Origin: Lingula anatina
Lineage: Eukaryota; Animalia; Brachiopoda
Assembly (NCBI GenBank): GCA_051362555.1
Contig: CM120642.1
Location: forward strand, 12,710,001 to 12,774,000
Direction: 5' to 3'
DNA: 64,000 nucleotides
Shown one piece after another: positions 1-14,400 of this stretch. Made by a program: the position numbers and the translations under genes. The notes under the pieces were generated by a model, which did no database searches, had not been told where the DNA came from, and saw only the letters and a program-made list of their open reading frames with translations. Within the stretch, counting starts at the first letter, position 1. Every line of letters begins with the position of its first letter.

Positions 1-972
1 CACGCCAGGTTGATATTCGTAAGGACAAAACCTTTACGAAATAACCGCTGGGGTTTTCATTCATTTGGACATGGTAACCGGGTTACATGTTGGTGTCATA
101 TCTTTAAGCCCAACTGGGTCCAGAATACCACCACCTGCCCGGCCTTTTGAACATGCCGAATTTGGTCAGTCAATCTAGCTGGGGAATCATCTAGAACCCA
201 CACTTATAACATGAAAGTGCGTTTTCACAAAATCTTTTTGTGGTGACTGTATTCAAAACAGGTCTGAACTACAAAGGAAAACTGTTTCAGCAGACGAATA
301 TACTACAGGCTTCCAACATAAACCAGCCTGGGTTAAGTAGTTCGACTTCTTAACATTAATAAGATTGGCCTAGTTCTGAAACAGATCGAATGCACTGCCG
401 AGGTGCCAAGTAGCTTTCAGTCTTATTGGAAATGCAATCTGATTCTATAGTGTTCGTGGTATTCAAAAGAATCTTTCGCTTGCGCTGTTCAAACCAATTT
501 GCCGTGAAAACAGCATTTCTGGCAAAATACCAAATGTTGTTACACAATGCTGCTTAGCACATTGCATTTTTCAATTTTTTGATGGCACCTGGTACTGTAG
601 TAGTGCATACAGATTGATTTTCACCGCTAGCTAGATCCGTTCACCTTTTCCCTTATTATAAAAGATTCATCTACATGCCACCTGCGTCCTCTCCAAAAAA
701 AAAAAAAAAAAAAAAAATGGTAGAGGTTCTAAACTTACACCTATGGAATAGCAACTGGATCGAATGTAACGGCTTGACAAGATCTACCAAAAACATAGGC
801 ACAAATTGTCCACTTAAATTTCAGGACACTTTGTTCTATGTGTTCTGAAAGTAACGCATAAGTGTTGGCCCTAGAAATGTGACATGTTCGAAAAAATTCG
901 AAATACACACATGTAATTTTTGACACTATATGTTGTCTATTTTGTTAAAGATGAATAACCCCTATTCTTATA

Positions 973-1032
<60 letters not shown>

Positions 1033-4000
1033 TTTCTATACTTATCAACTATTGATGAAGGTTAATCATACTCAGATGACTCACAGAGTTCCTGAAATGA
1101 TGTATTTTGCTTGTGTCAGAACGAGAATGAATGAGAATGAGTAAAAGTGAAAATTCTGAGGCAATTTGCTTGAACAGGTAAAGCCATAGATTGCCAGATA
1201 GCTTTCAGTCTGTTCACGCAAACAGGTTCTCAAGAATGGGCAGGCCAATCCAAAAAAAAAAATCATTCATTGATTTTTGACTTGTTGAATAACGGCATCA
1301 AACATCCCTTCTATTCCCATATTCATGAATCTACAGCGTATCTTGAACGGTTCTACTCTGGTGAGGCCGGTTGTTTTTTAAATGCTCCACCTTTTTAAGA
1401 GAATGGATAAAATATTTTCTCTACTTAAAGCTGACTGTCAAAGTTATTCATGACTTTAACACCGATACAGACAATCATACATGTATAAATCTTACGAGAC
1501 CCCCATTAAATATTGACGAAGGAAATGAAAGCAATGACAAGGCTTGTCAGGATTCAATATTTATCATCAAGAAAACTACATGTGCACAACTGAACCACAA
1601 ATGTCAAAAAATTAGGCTAACGGATCATATGTACAAAGCTCTAAGTAGTTTGAATAAGAACGGAAATTTCACTGTGCACAATTAACAAAATAATATCAAT
1701 AGATAAAGTACCATCATGTAAGCATATGACTTAGGCCTATCCTTTGTTAGTCATTTTCTTTCATCAGTGCACGTTTTATGTGTTGCCAAGTGACATTTCT
1801 CAAATCACCGCTTGCAATATTCTACTGTTTTCTTCAAAAGCAAGTAAATCTAAATTTTGACACGAAAAGGAACTGGAGATTAGACGTTTTCTGCGTCGAC
1901 TGAGTGTTCCAACTAATGCCCCCCCCCCCCCCCCCCCCCCCCCCCCGAAAACGAAAGACAATACTAATGTGCTACTAAAAAATCGTTATTACGTTAAACT
2001 TTATTCTTTTGACTTTATGTTTGATAGCAAATATCTCTGTGAATGTGCTTGATTTTCGCTGCCATTTTTTCTTGACATTTGTAGTTCAATTGATTTATCT
2101 TCAATTGCATATTAAATTTTTGAACATTTCTATGACATTGCATGGAGCACTGCATAGTTTTGGCTTGTAAAAAGGAAATGAAAAATAATGAGACAACAAG
2201 AACATTCTTAACGGAATTAACAGCAGGTTTGTTTCGTTAATTTTGTTTCTTTCAATAATTCTTGAAATCATCGTTCTCTTGTTGCTTTTCTTTGCAAACA
2301 GAACATTCAAAACCAAAAAAAATTTACTGATAAAAAATGACGTAAGGGGGTAAGGAAATAGCCAGTTCGAGCCAGTCCGTGTGTATGGGCATAGCTTGCT
2401 AAAAAGCAAATTTGGACAATATTTTTCATCTTTGATCTAACTTGAAAGCTACACTCGCTTCATTGAGCAATGCCGCGAACCGATTGGAGTAGGTCCCATG
2501 GACTGCCATGTGACATGGAGAGTTGGAAACCGTACAGGGATAACATCATGCAATTGCAAGAAAACCAACTAAACACTAATAAACAGGAAAACCAATTAAA
2601 CTCTTACAAACATCACATCTTTTCGGAGAAAATTGCACTGTCGATAACATGCTTGATCTCATTTGGAGATTAAAACACAGATCCGTATAACTATTACTTA
2701 CAGCGCACGTTCTGCCACTTTATGGCCACGTTGTTCTTAATCCATCTTTGCTTTCACGCATAGACCAACGTGCTTGCTTTTGATTCATAGATAAAGATGT
2801 TGTCTTGATCTACAAGGGTCTTTTAAAACTAATAAAATCTCGTAAATGAGCCAAAATGTTGCTTGGTAGTTGGATCATATATGATAATAATCAAACACAA
2901 GCCGAAAACCTTTCATAACGTAAGCTTACGACTATCAACATCAGCTGCCACCAGCCACCCGTGAATAGGGACTAGAGGGGGGGGGGGGGGGTCGATCTAC
3001 CTGACAATGATAAGAGGGTCCTGGCCGCTATACCAAATGGCGGTCAGTGAGTTACAACATCTACTCACATCATCGATGAAGGCTTATGTCCAGGTAAGAC
3101 CCAAGTGTTTCCTGACAACTCTACCTATCCCCGGTTTGCGTCCCGTCAATAAACTTACAATCAGTGAATATTCGAAGTTAGAACTGCCAAAAACCAGATC
3201 GAACTGGGTTGAATTTCCAATTGATAGTGGCTTGTATGATCAACTGGGATGCTCTTTATTCATAAATATCTTCATTTCTGGGAATGATTTATCGGTCTTG
3301 GGGGTTTCTAAACCCTTCTTCGATTAACAACGAGAACAACTAACATGCCAAATACTTTTTAATGATACTGAGAAAATCAAATGAGGGGAAATCAAATGCC
3401 TTGAATCAAACTTATATTGCTCCTATTATTTTCCGTGGATCGTCTTTTAATTTGCATCTTTTTCATTTTATCCATTCAATCGCTTATTTATTGGTCTACT
3501 TATTTATTAAGTATACCGGTACCTTATAAAATCTCGATTTTGAAGATTAACGCCATAAGTCTCCTTTGTTTTTCAGTTTCTATGTCTGTCTTTTTAGGCA
3601 TTTAGGCTTCCTTTTAGGCATTTAGGCATTTAGGCTTCCTTTTTGTGTTCACCTATTTCATTACCTTGCCTGCTGCTCTCTGATTTTTAACAGTAAATAG
3701 CTTTTAAACAGAAGGAAAACTGTAATTTACATCCCGAATTCATCACTTTAAACGCATCCGTATTGTTTGACTTCCTGCCTGCACACGTCAGTCATTTATT
3801 CAACCAATAAACCTTTAATGAATTAAAATAATATGATTATTGTTCGGCACTTGCTTTGGGTTTGTTAACACATACGGTGTTGAAAATCGATGCTAACGAC
3901 CGTAATAACAGATCTGTTGTATCAGATAACGGATAGATTAAGAGTTATTTTGTTTCAAGGGAAAATGTCACTTTCTACCCTGTGACGTTAATCTACATCA

Positions 4001-7000
4001 AATTAAAGAACAAAAATGAACACAGCAACCGCAATGTATTTTAAACCGGCGAGAGCAGTATTCTTTCGACGAACGTTAAGTTGCAGTTACTATTTGGCAC
4101 ATTACAATGTAGCAATACCAGATTGCTTAAGCCCAATATATTTGACGTTTGAACGGATCCTAGTATAAGGATTTGTTTCATTCATATAATATATTCCGTA
4201 TCACATCAAAGTATCAGTTCAAAAAATTATTCATACTGACACGGACACATGTGTATGGCAGTAAGATAAAGGTGCTATCACATTTAGTTAAGGCAAAAAA
4301 CACTCCAGTGCAGTTACAAATACAAAACTGTACTAAAATAGTTTCCCATAACATCACGCCAAGTTATTAAATAGGATTTAGGTAAACCACATCAAAAGAC
4401 GCATCCACGTTTAGACGCCGTTTAATATTGCCTTTGAGGATGCATCAAACGTTACAGAATATTTTATTACTGAGTGACGTACACAAAACACGCAATGACT
4501 ATTAAAAGAGCCTAACTGTTCTCTGCGTCAGATTTCATAAGATTTAACAATAAGCTAAGACATCATAGACCTACAGTCTCCGTGCGTAAAGAATAGCTAG
4601 ATTTGCCTCTGATGAATTAATCAGGGGATCGAAAAGTGCATCACAGCCTAGCAGCGTAGGTACTACACGTAGCGAATTGTGAAGGGCACAACCCTTCATC
4701 CATTTCCATGTTTGACAGGTTTCTACAAAATACCGACAATTATGATAAAACAGCCTCCGCACGTTTTACTAAAACGCCTTATAATTGACTCGGAAGACAC
4801 AATCAATAGAAAGAATATGAATCAAAAATTAGCGGCGCAAAAATACTACGCAATACAGAATATAAAAAGCATTATTTCATTTTCCAGGCCACTTTTGATG
4901 GACTATTATACTACAAATTTGATCACTGTGGCATAATTCCTAACGTAAAAAGGCGCTAATAATTTGCCTAATAATTCGTCAATGAATAGAAACATCATTA
5001 TTTAGTCACCTCATTATCAGTTCAAACAGTATATACCAAAAGGCAAACATCAGTTGCTTCGCTCCCATTAGCATGTTGAATTTGTTGTATCTCACATCTA
5101 TAAAGAAGCTCTTGTCTTCGAACAGTGCTAATGTTATTCGATGGTATCCATGCGTCCATACACGAAAAACAGCATAATCACACTTATCCATGTTACTGAG
5201 TTGAAAACAGACTATCAGATGAAGCTATTAAATAAAGTAACTGCACAGGCACAGAAGCTAAGGGTTTGCCATTTCTCTAAGATAAAGCAAGTATTATATA
5301 AATAATACTTTACTGTAGATTTAAACCAGACTTAAACCAGATTTAAACCAGGACAAAAAATATATATAGACATTGAATTTTATTGATTATTACATTTGTT
5401 TTGAAAGGCTGAAAGGTTCATATGAACCGAACGTCGGTGGAGCGTGGATTCAAGTTCAGCCGTGTCAAATTCAGCGGACATGACAAACTGCACCTTCTTC
5501 ATATTTTGGCCGTTAAATGAAATACTTACTTGACCTTCTCATCTGCCCCGTTTATATACAACACAGAAAACAAGCAGAAAATCCGTTCAAATATCATTTT
5601 TCGGATAATACGCAACGATGTATTTTGGAATTTCTCTAAGTTCTTCTTGAAACTATATGATGGTATTTGGCAAGTTTTTGTGGCAAAAAAATGACTTAAA
5701 ATGCATCTTTAACTGGCCGTGTTTTGGTATGACGGCTGACATGTGTCCCTGCGTGGCTTTGGTACTCATCAACAGCTAAAACTGGCAGACCGGTGACTTT
5801 GCACGATCGCAAAACTCCTAACAAATGTTAAAGCAGAGTGATAATTCATAGCCATTCTTCCATATTTGCAATTAAAGAAATGAGATTAGGGGCTTAGAGT
5901 GTAAAAAACAGAAAACCATGTAAACCTTTAACGGAAAATGGTCCGTCTGAAAGCGCATGCAAACCACACTGCATCATCAGTTTTGGACAGAGTCACACAG
6001 GCTGTCAGCATTAAGAGATTTTGTTGTTCTTGATATATATATATATATATCATACGTATAAATAATAAACGAAGACTTTAGAATACAGACACGCAGGCAT
6101 TGGGCTATCTGCTTCCTTGTTTTAGACATGGCCAAATAAATTGTCCATGCTTTAGAAAAGTGGACCGATGTAACGTGACAGAGAGTCCCCCATAACAGAG
6201 AGACCGCTTCTCATTCATTTGTACAGGTGAGCCTCGCCCAAGATTTTGACCCACTTTGGTCAAACTAACCCTAACCATTATAAATATATGGAGGGCTGAC
6301 TTTCTGTTATACGGTCCCTCAGTTTCGTGACACCGGCCCACATCCACTTGGTTTCGACGGCGTTTTACCTCACGTTTTAAAACTCATGCATTGATGGAAC
6401 TACAACAGGAGGGACTAACATGAGACGTGCTTAAACATGGGTGGCGGGGATACTGGTATGTTAAAAAATCAAAGCCATTGACTCGGGAATTACCACTTTG
6501 GGATTCATCAAATATCTGTTTGCCGAAAAGATATTCGAGCATTTTCGCGGTAATATCCTAGGGAACAATGATCCGAAGTGAAAATACTTTTGAAATTCTG
6601 CTGAAACTGTCTATCGGTAAATTTGAGAGACACGAATTGTATTGCACTTTAAGGTCTTGAGGTTTTGTCATTAACAACCTGTCTCTAGTTACACGCAGTC
6701 ACGTTTTAAAACATACTTTATAAGTTAAGGCTTTTTTCTTAGAATATTGAAATGTGGATAATATGCAGCCCTATATAGGCCTACTAGTTGGCAATTTAAA
6801 GGGACTTTATTGCAAATGATCTTTAATTGATCCAAGTTGAGAAATGGCATAGAACCTGGATAAAATTTGAATAGGAGCGGGAGGGCATTTCCCGGTCAAA
6901 AGAGCGTAAATTCAGCCCCAACACTCCATACTCGGTCTTGCTATGGTAAATACAACTGGAATCTACCCGGTTCAAAGTTGCTGACCGGTGCTTGCGTGGT

Positions 7001-7323
7001 GTAGGCGAAAGATACTTGATTACGTAATTTGCTCATTTTTAAAATAATTTTTTAAAAAATCCTTACACTCGTAAAAACACGAACTGCTCTAAATAAAAAT
7101 GTGTCATTACAACTGCCAATTGTCTTGGGATATGGTAGAGGCTCGGTCTTGGCGAAAGATTATTTCGAACTCCACTATCATCATTAATTAAACCTCTCGG
7201 ACAAAGGCAAAGACGCAATGTGGCTTTGTTAAGGCGGTGGTAACCATACAGATGACATGCCGCACTAGCAGCATAAGAACACCTGAGATTAGTCATTATG
7301 CATATATATTATATCAAACTTAA

Positions 7324-7487
7324 CAGGCCCGTAGCCAGCAATTTCAAAAGGGGTTTTTTTTCTGAAAAAGTGGACCATTTCCCATAAAAACCTCATGTAC
7401 CTAGATCAAATTTTACCCAGAGTGGACCCTTCCCAGCAAAAGGGCGGTTCTTTCGAACCCCCCGAACCCCCCCTGGCTACGGGCCTG
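7324..7487. mobile_element. 164-bp MITE (non-autonomous DNA transposon)
   Basis: Perfect 15-bp terminal inverted repeats CAGGCCCGTAGCCAG (7324-7338) / CTGGCTACGGGCCTG (7473-7487). CTTAA flanks both sides (7319-7323, 7488-7492), consistent with a target-site duplication. Confidence 0.85.
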
Positions 7488-7579
7488 CTTAAGATTATGG
7501 GCATTTCGTTGATGGACTAAAAACCATGTGCAGTGGACCACTATCTACTCTTTAAATAACCGCCCTTAGCACAACAGAT

Positions 7580-8430
7580 GTACTAGGACTCGAACGTGTT
7601 GTCGTAAACAGGACCACCTTGGAACAAATAGATGTAACATAGCAATTAAGTGTTGGTCTTTTTAACGGACAAAATGAAAAATACCCTCAGCATTGCCTTA
7701 CGGCTAAGTGAAACCTTACATCTTACAGATATATCCTTCTTCAAAAGCAAACAGCAAAAAGATAAAGAAAATAAGTTAAAGGTTCTTAGACAGCTTGCTC
7801 AGAACGACACATCCACGTTAGATGGACCCATCATGGAGGAATGGAATATAAACTAATGGGCACGTTAAGCACGGCGTCGTAAAGATTGCCGATTTATTTA
7901 TTATTTTTCTTTTTGAAATAATTATCTTCTGTCAGAAAAATACAAAAGTGAGCAATGCCAGCAACGAAACGCAATCGATTAAGTACACATGTACGAGTAA
8001 GAAGGAAGAGAAAGAGTTTAACAGCTGTTCCAGGCCTAGTGCGTCTTATCGAAAACATGACCATCCATGAAATGGACATTATATAACAGCCAACTGTTGG
8101 TCCATTCAACGGATTTTCAGACATAATTTCTCTTCTTCAAAACGTAAACAAAACAAAACAAAGACAAGAAGAGGAGTTGAACATCCTCAGACAACTTGCT
8201 GGAAACGGTCACTCCAAGTTAGATAGATCCATCTTGAATGGCAACGAGACTGAACTATTGAACACAAAAACCTTTAAATGCCCACAACGACATTTATACA
8301 TGCACTGTAATAACCAATATTTTTTCTTTTTTATTTCTATCTTCCGTCAGTAAAAAAACGACGAGAAGTACCTGTAACGAAACCCAGTTGACTAAGTACA
8401 CATGTACATGTACGAGTAAGAAGTACGAAA
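7580..8430 (+). repeat. Diverged tandem duplication, two units of ~400-450 bp
   Basis: Collinear matching blocks: TCTTAGACAGCTTGCT vs CCTCAGACAACTTGCT; TATCTTCTGTCAG vs TATCTTCCGTCAG; TAAGTACACATGTAC...GAGTAAGAAG in both copies. Confidence 0.8.
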
Positions 8431-8454
8431 CTTCGTAGCTACATGTATATATAC

Positions 8455-8488
<34 letters not shown>

Positions 8489-11400
8489 CGTTTCGTTTAT
8501 TACCGAAGACATGGTAACATCAGATGTTGTCGTAGTATATATGAGGTAACATCCGCTCTCTATTTACAAAAATGAAAACATCGTAAAATAACAACTGCCA
8601 ATATGTATATAATCTGTACTTGACATTTTGATGAATATTTCTTAAAATCTCCTAAGTACGAAAGACGAGATCATGGGAAACCCAAGGTGATGACAAAATT
8701 CGCACTTGTTTTGTCGCACTTTGTCGTTTTTCTAAACCTCCAAAGACTACCCCAGGGTGTAATGCCATGTCAGGGCAATCTAGAATAGTTCTGTCCTTTG
8801 AAATGTGATGATTATCTCGATGGCAAATGTCAGTGGTTGACCGGTGACAGGTAAACATGTTATTTGTGGGCTAAATTGGCATTTTCATTGGGTAATCCAT
8901 GTCATGCAATCTATCAGTCAACAACCCACTTTGTAACTCCAATACAGGCACAATACATAATGTTTAACTTCTTATTTCACTTAAAGGGCTACACGAGTTG
9001 AGATTCGGGTAAAATTTCCATGTTGTTTTGTAATGTGATTACAGCCAAGTCGTTTGAGGCTACTTAATTTTGTAAATCAAATGAATGGCGTTATGCCAGT
9101 AAGAATGTGCCTGTAAATAGCCAGATAGGACTAATTTTGTGTTATTATGTAAAATAATAGCATGCTACTTTAGGATTAGTGAAACTGAGATTTCACCCAC
9201 ATCGCAAATCATTTGCTTGGTACTTAAAGCTTAACCAATATCTGCTCATTTTGACAGAGGCAATGTCAATAATCACAAGAAGTCTGTTCCAAGACTACAT
9301 GCAGCGTATCTTGTATCTTGTTAGTTACATTCACGTCTCTATTTTTAACCACGGAAACGAGTTTTTGGTCTTCATATTTCATTTAACACATTATCCTCTT
9401 ATCCAGATTTCCCTCAGAAAAGTGTTACATTGTAATTGCACCTTCCCGCGCCTTCATCGGCCGTGCTTATAGGAAGGCATGGCACAGAAGTACCAACAGC
9501 CACTGTTGTCATCTACGGTGTATATTACTTTGCCCACACGCATCTGTTCACTTCCCCTTAATTTTACCTTGAACGACGAAAAAGTTCCCGAGAGAGTGCA
9601 TTTCTTCTCAAATTTTACGGTCTTGACTTGTCAATTTCCACAGACTCATTCGCCGACAATGAATTAAATGTTTCATTTTTTTTCTCAAATTCCTAGTAGT
9701 GCCATGCCGCGGTAAGAGGTCCTTTCAGTGTTTCTAAGAAATGTACCTACGCTGCCACTCTGCATGTCGACACTTAAGATGAAGCACAATTTGCAAATCT
9801 AGAAACAAACCTTACAGTTATGAAAAAATATCAGTAGAATTTTTCATGCTGATCCCCCTCCCACCGTAACCCCCCCCCCCCCCCCGCCGTGCCAGTGTAA
9901 ATCTACGGCGCTTATCGGTACACAACTTGTATTATCCATTGTTATAATCAGAGCAGTTCATTTATTAATGACTTGTTTAGTGGCCCCTAGTTCTGATTAG
10001 TAATCAGACTTAATTTCGCTATATCACAGACGGTCAGCCGCAGTATGTCAGCAAATACATGTGCCAAGTTTAAAATTTATATTCAAATTATTACCAGTGA
10101 TTACATGCATTACAGTCGACAAGGAATTATTGAAGAAATCTGCGTGGGCATCAGCTGCTACTATTGGAAATAAACATGTATCCACATGTTCAAATAATTG
10201 ATGGCACACATGCACGTAACTAAAACAGGTAACTTTCCCACCAAAGATGAACCAAATGAAAACAAACATAGGGCCATTATTGTGGGCAAGTTGCGTGTTT
10301 AGAGATGGTGTCTCATTGTACCTACTAGTAGGCTCGTCACTGTGTAAAATAAGGTCTAATTCTACCGCGTACTACTTCCGATGTTTAAGGAGCCACAAAC
10401 AAACAAAATATTTTCCAATGTATGTAGATCTACGTCACAGTGGAAATCCGTTACCATGGGCCAGACTCCATCCCTACCACAATAAAGATAAATATAATAT
10501 TTCAATCATTACAGCACAACAGTTATCTGCCGTCACAGATCACATCCATGCCTACATGTAGAATGTGATAAATCAAATGCTTTAATAACAGCAATTGACC
10601 AATCTGCAAATAAACAACATATTTTGAGTTGACATTTGAACCAGCCATTTTAGTGGTACCGCCATTAGACCAACTGAGAGATGATTAAATATTTAGATAA
10701 TCTAGAAAACGATTTGTACACAAATAACATGTTGTGAATTTCTATCATTATCATGTTGTGAATTGCTACTATAATCAATAAGCAGTCGCTATCATCATAA
10801 CCCGTCGTTCTCTCTCCACAGGATGGCAAAAACAAAGTAGAGTGTAGCTGTACTGTGAGCGAATATTTGAGAACGCGTGGTCTATTTCGAGGAAGGGGGA
10901 GTGTCAAACTCATCCATCTATCATTGATTATTTCAAATGCCTCAAGGTAAAGAGACCACCAAATTGGTGTAACCATATAATAAGGGAACAGTGAGATGCA
11001 CCTAATTCAGTTGAAAACAGATTTTTTTTCTGCGTTTGCCTTTCGATCGGTGTTTATTCGGACAAAACTACGCATCTGTCTGTTTTCAAACATCCAAGAG
11101 CCTGCGATAGCCTATTTGTAAACAAACACCTTGTTTTGCCTTGGTATCTAAATATATAATGGTGGTTTCAAATAGATGTACATGTATGTTTACCTACGTG
11201 TTTCAGACCCACGCAAGCAACATGTACTGACACGAATAAAAAGTTGTCTGTTGCATCAGTGAAAAATTTCTGTGCCAGTATCTACAAGAGTTGTTTGTGT
11301 TGAACGGCTAAATGTTCCAATCAACAATCAATGGTGCATAATTTTTCATCCCTTTTATGCAGATAAGCCCCACTCAGCAATGAATAAAATGTTTCTGTAA

Positions 11401-14400
11401 TCTTAAGTTTCGATAAGTCGACAAATATGATACAAATGAGGGTCGTCAGTACACAGAGTATCTGATTGATGGGATTTTAATGTACGGTATAGCTCTCTCT
11501 CGAAATAACCACGGCTTGTATTTGATATTTGGGGTGATGCTCAAAAAGGGTGGGGACTTTTAAAGGTTGTCCTACGTTTCCGCTCATTTCATGGGAAAAG
11601 AGTACACACCAGCACAAGGTTAACCTTCACGTGGAAGAGGTAACTTGCTTAATCTTATTTCTTTACTTATCCATGTATCTTTATTCGACAAATTTATTTC
11701 TTAGAACCACTAGCCCCGTCCATGACCAGCACCCCCTACCCACAATGAATTCGAACTCAGTTCTTCACTGTGAAGAGCGGCTCAAAATTATTCCAAGAAT
11801 GTGGATAATCTAGAAACGACGACGAAGGGATATATCGATATAGTTATGGTTCAGTAAAGTATTTATTACTCAATTATACTCAGAATCTCCTCAGAATCAG
11901 AATTCTTTTGGCGATTTAGCCGTTAACATACAGACTGCTGTGTAAACAACAAACACGTACAAGTATACAGGCAGGTACGTGTTGATATTGTACGTACCAA
12001 GCACATCCTTGGCACCGTGTCCCCACACAATTTATCAAATATACAATACTGAAATGACACCTGCATTATTAAGTAAACAACAGTGTGACACATTTCACAA
12101 TACACCTACGTGCTGGTCTGCCACAGAGTTCAGTTCATGTGAGCCCAATTTGCGATCACATAATAACTACATAAAGCTTTAAATCCAGCTAATTTCATAG
12201 AACATGCTGGCACAACCGCTCATAATTACAAACACCCTGAAAATTTTCTCAATTATTTGGATTGAATACATGATTTACACTACCCACATACATTTGCCGC
12301 ATTATCAATCTACGTAAATAATGTGCCCACAATATAGGCTTAAAAACAACGGGCTTATTCATTATTTAACAATTCATTTATATTGTTCAGTTATTCATTT
12401 ATTGCTTTACGTTGGATGTAAACACGCATACACGTTGACACATTCTGTATGGCTTTATGTCTACAACAAACATGTTTTAATGTAGCCCAAAGGCCCTCCT
12501 CCATAGTGTTGTCTCTTTTCTGCACGATGATATTATGAGAAGAAAAAGGTCGTTAAAAATCACAAACAACGTATGTTAAGATACTGCTATTGCGTGCGTC
12601 TGTATGTGCGTTGTTTGTGATTTTACTTCACATCATTCGTTCGTGATTTCATTTTATAGCTGTAGAACATCGTATTGAGCAGCAATGTATCTAATAAATG
12701 TATTCAAATACGAAATGCAAATTACTAATTATCCCTGGTCCAAAATGCTTGTTTTATTTGCTTTATGCTTATCTGAATAAACACGCGGCTCGGATAAAGT
12801 AATTGACGCCTTTCCCATAGCCGTAGGGACAGCATAGTGCCAGATATTAGATACTTATATTTTTGTGTTTTTGGCCTGAGAATTGGATTGAGAAGTAGCA
12901 CGTAGACCAAGCTTTAAAAACAATCATCTTACTGTGAAACAAATCTTATTCTTCAATTTCAATCTCATTAGAGGTCGATCATTTGTTCGATTTTTACCTA
13001 CTTCAGTACAGACCCTGTTGCAAAATCGGAATGTTTTCGGGGTTTTACTTCAATGATAATGCGTTGAATAGTTACATGGTCCACCACTTCTAAATACTTT
13101 TTTCTTGACAAAGCCTTTGGAATATCACCAATCATAATTTTTTATGAAACAGATTGTACTATCATGTACTTCAATTACTGATTGCATGTATGAATTATAT
13201 TAATGGCCTAAAACGCATTTAAAAACGCAAGCGCCCATGGCCATTTACGGTTATTTATCCCAAGCTTTTTCACTTCTGATGTCGATTTGAATGTCGATTT
13301 TTGGCATTCTTCTTCCGTTGTCGACTCTGGATACGTGACCGAAGTTGAGTTTTCTTTTCATAATTAGTATATAAAAAATAAGGGAGGGATCTTTCTTCTG
13401 TACACGAAAGGTTGATAACAGCAAAACAATAATGATTCAGTAGAATATGCTTATGAATTTTTTAATTAATACGGTTTTTGACATCTACGCGAATCACGCA
13501 CGCCCATTGCGTAGATCTATTAGCGCAGGAAATCTGTATCAGAAAATAACTTATTTACTATTATTTAATTGACTGATAATTAGAGTGTCCGGTTCTGGAG
13601 GTTAAGTAGTTGACGCAAATCCCAACAGAATATCAAATTAATGGCAATGATATTGTAATAGTGACGCCAAATATTTTAATGTAAACTAAGGACATTTTAG
13701 CGCTAAGAATTGTTCCGGTGTGAAATTTTCTTATCACCTCCTTTCTGCTTTGAGTTCTGTTTGTGAAGAAAATGTGTGTATTCCTCAAATACAATATCAT
13801 TTCATGAAATATGGTTTGACGCTTAATATCTAAATACATTAAGCAAAAACATCAGTTTTTGTACAGCATAATCGAACTGAATTGAAGATTTTTTTATTAA
13901 TCAGAACAGAAAAAGTGAAATAGCTTCTCTATTTAGTCTCAACGTGCATGTGGAGTTCTTGTTCATTTGCCGTGCTCATGGTCATGGTAGGTCTACTACT
14001 CTCAGGACACAGCGTATCCATTTTACAAGCCAGTTATTGTATATTTTTGCGCACGAAGTTCAGTGGTCACCCGCCACGAAAATTCAGAAGAAATCTCTCC
14101 TCTTCGGGAATTTCACTGCTTTTACATTCAAGATTATCACCGTCACGTACTATTTGCCCATTATATCAAACTAGACACTACGGTCATTTACTTTCTATCA
14201 GTTACCTTGTGACTTACATGTATGTCAAAACACCACGCTTACTGTTTCCGTTTGGAAATTAATGGATGTTATCACTCTTTTTCTATTTCCCTGCCTCGTG
14301 TGTTTTCTTACGTCGATTTCGCACTATTTCGGGAAACAAATTCGTCTACACTTTGTACTCTCCTCAATTCAGCAGATTTAGGATAGTCCTTAGCGTCTTG

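Noticed and set aside
976-1024. A49 tract as a retrotransposon or processed-pseudogene tail
   Set aside because: No upstream element or target-site duplication is recognisable, and long homopolymers are common throughout this window.
356-1266. Two ORFs both containing TESYLA
   Set aside because: The similarity is limited to ~17-20 nt (TAGCTTTCAGTCT core) and does not extend; no splice signals or family match.
2900-3350. Possible LINE endonuclease remnant (NRTRGGG...IYL-like)
   Set aside because: The motif depends on a G homopolymer and several frameshifts; not supportable without a search.
5420-7020. tRNA or SINE-like A/B box fragments (~5445, ~6990)
   Set aside because: No cloverleaf or paired boxes at the correct spacing could be built.
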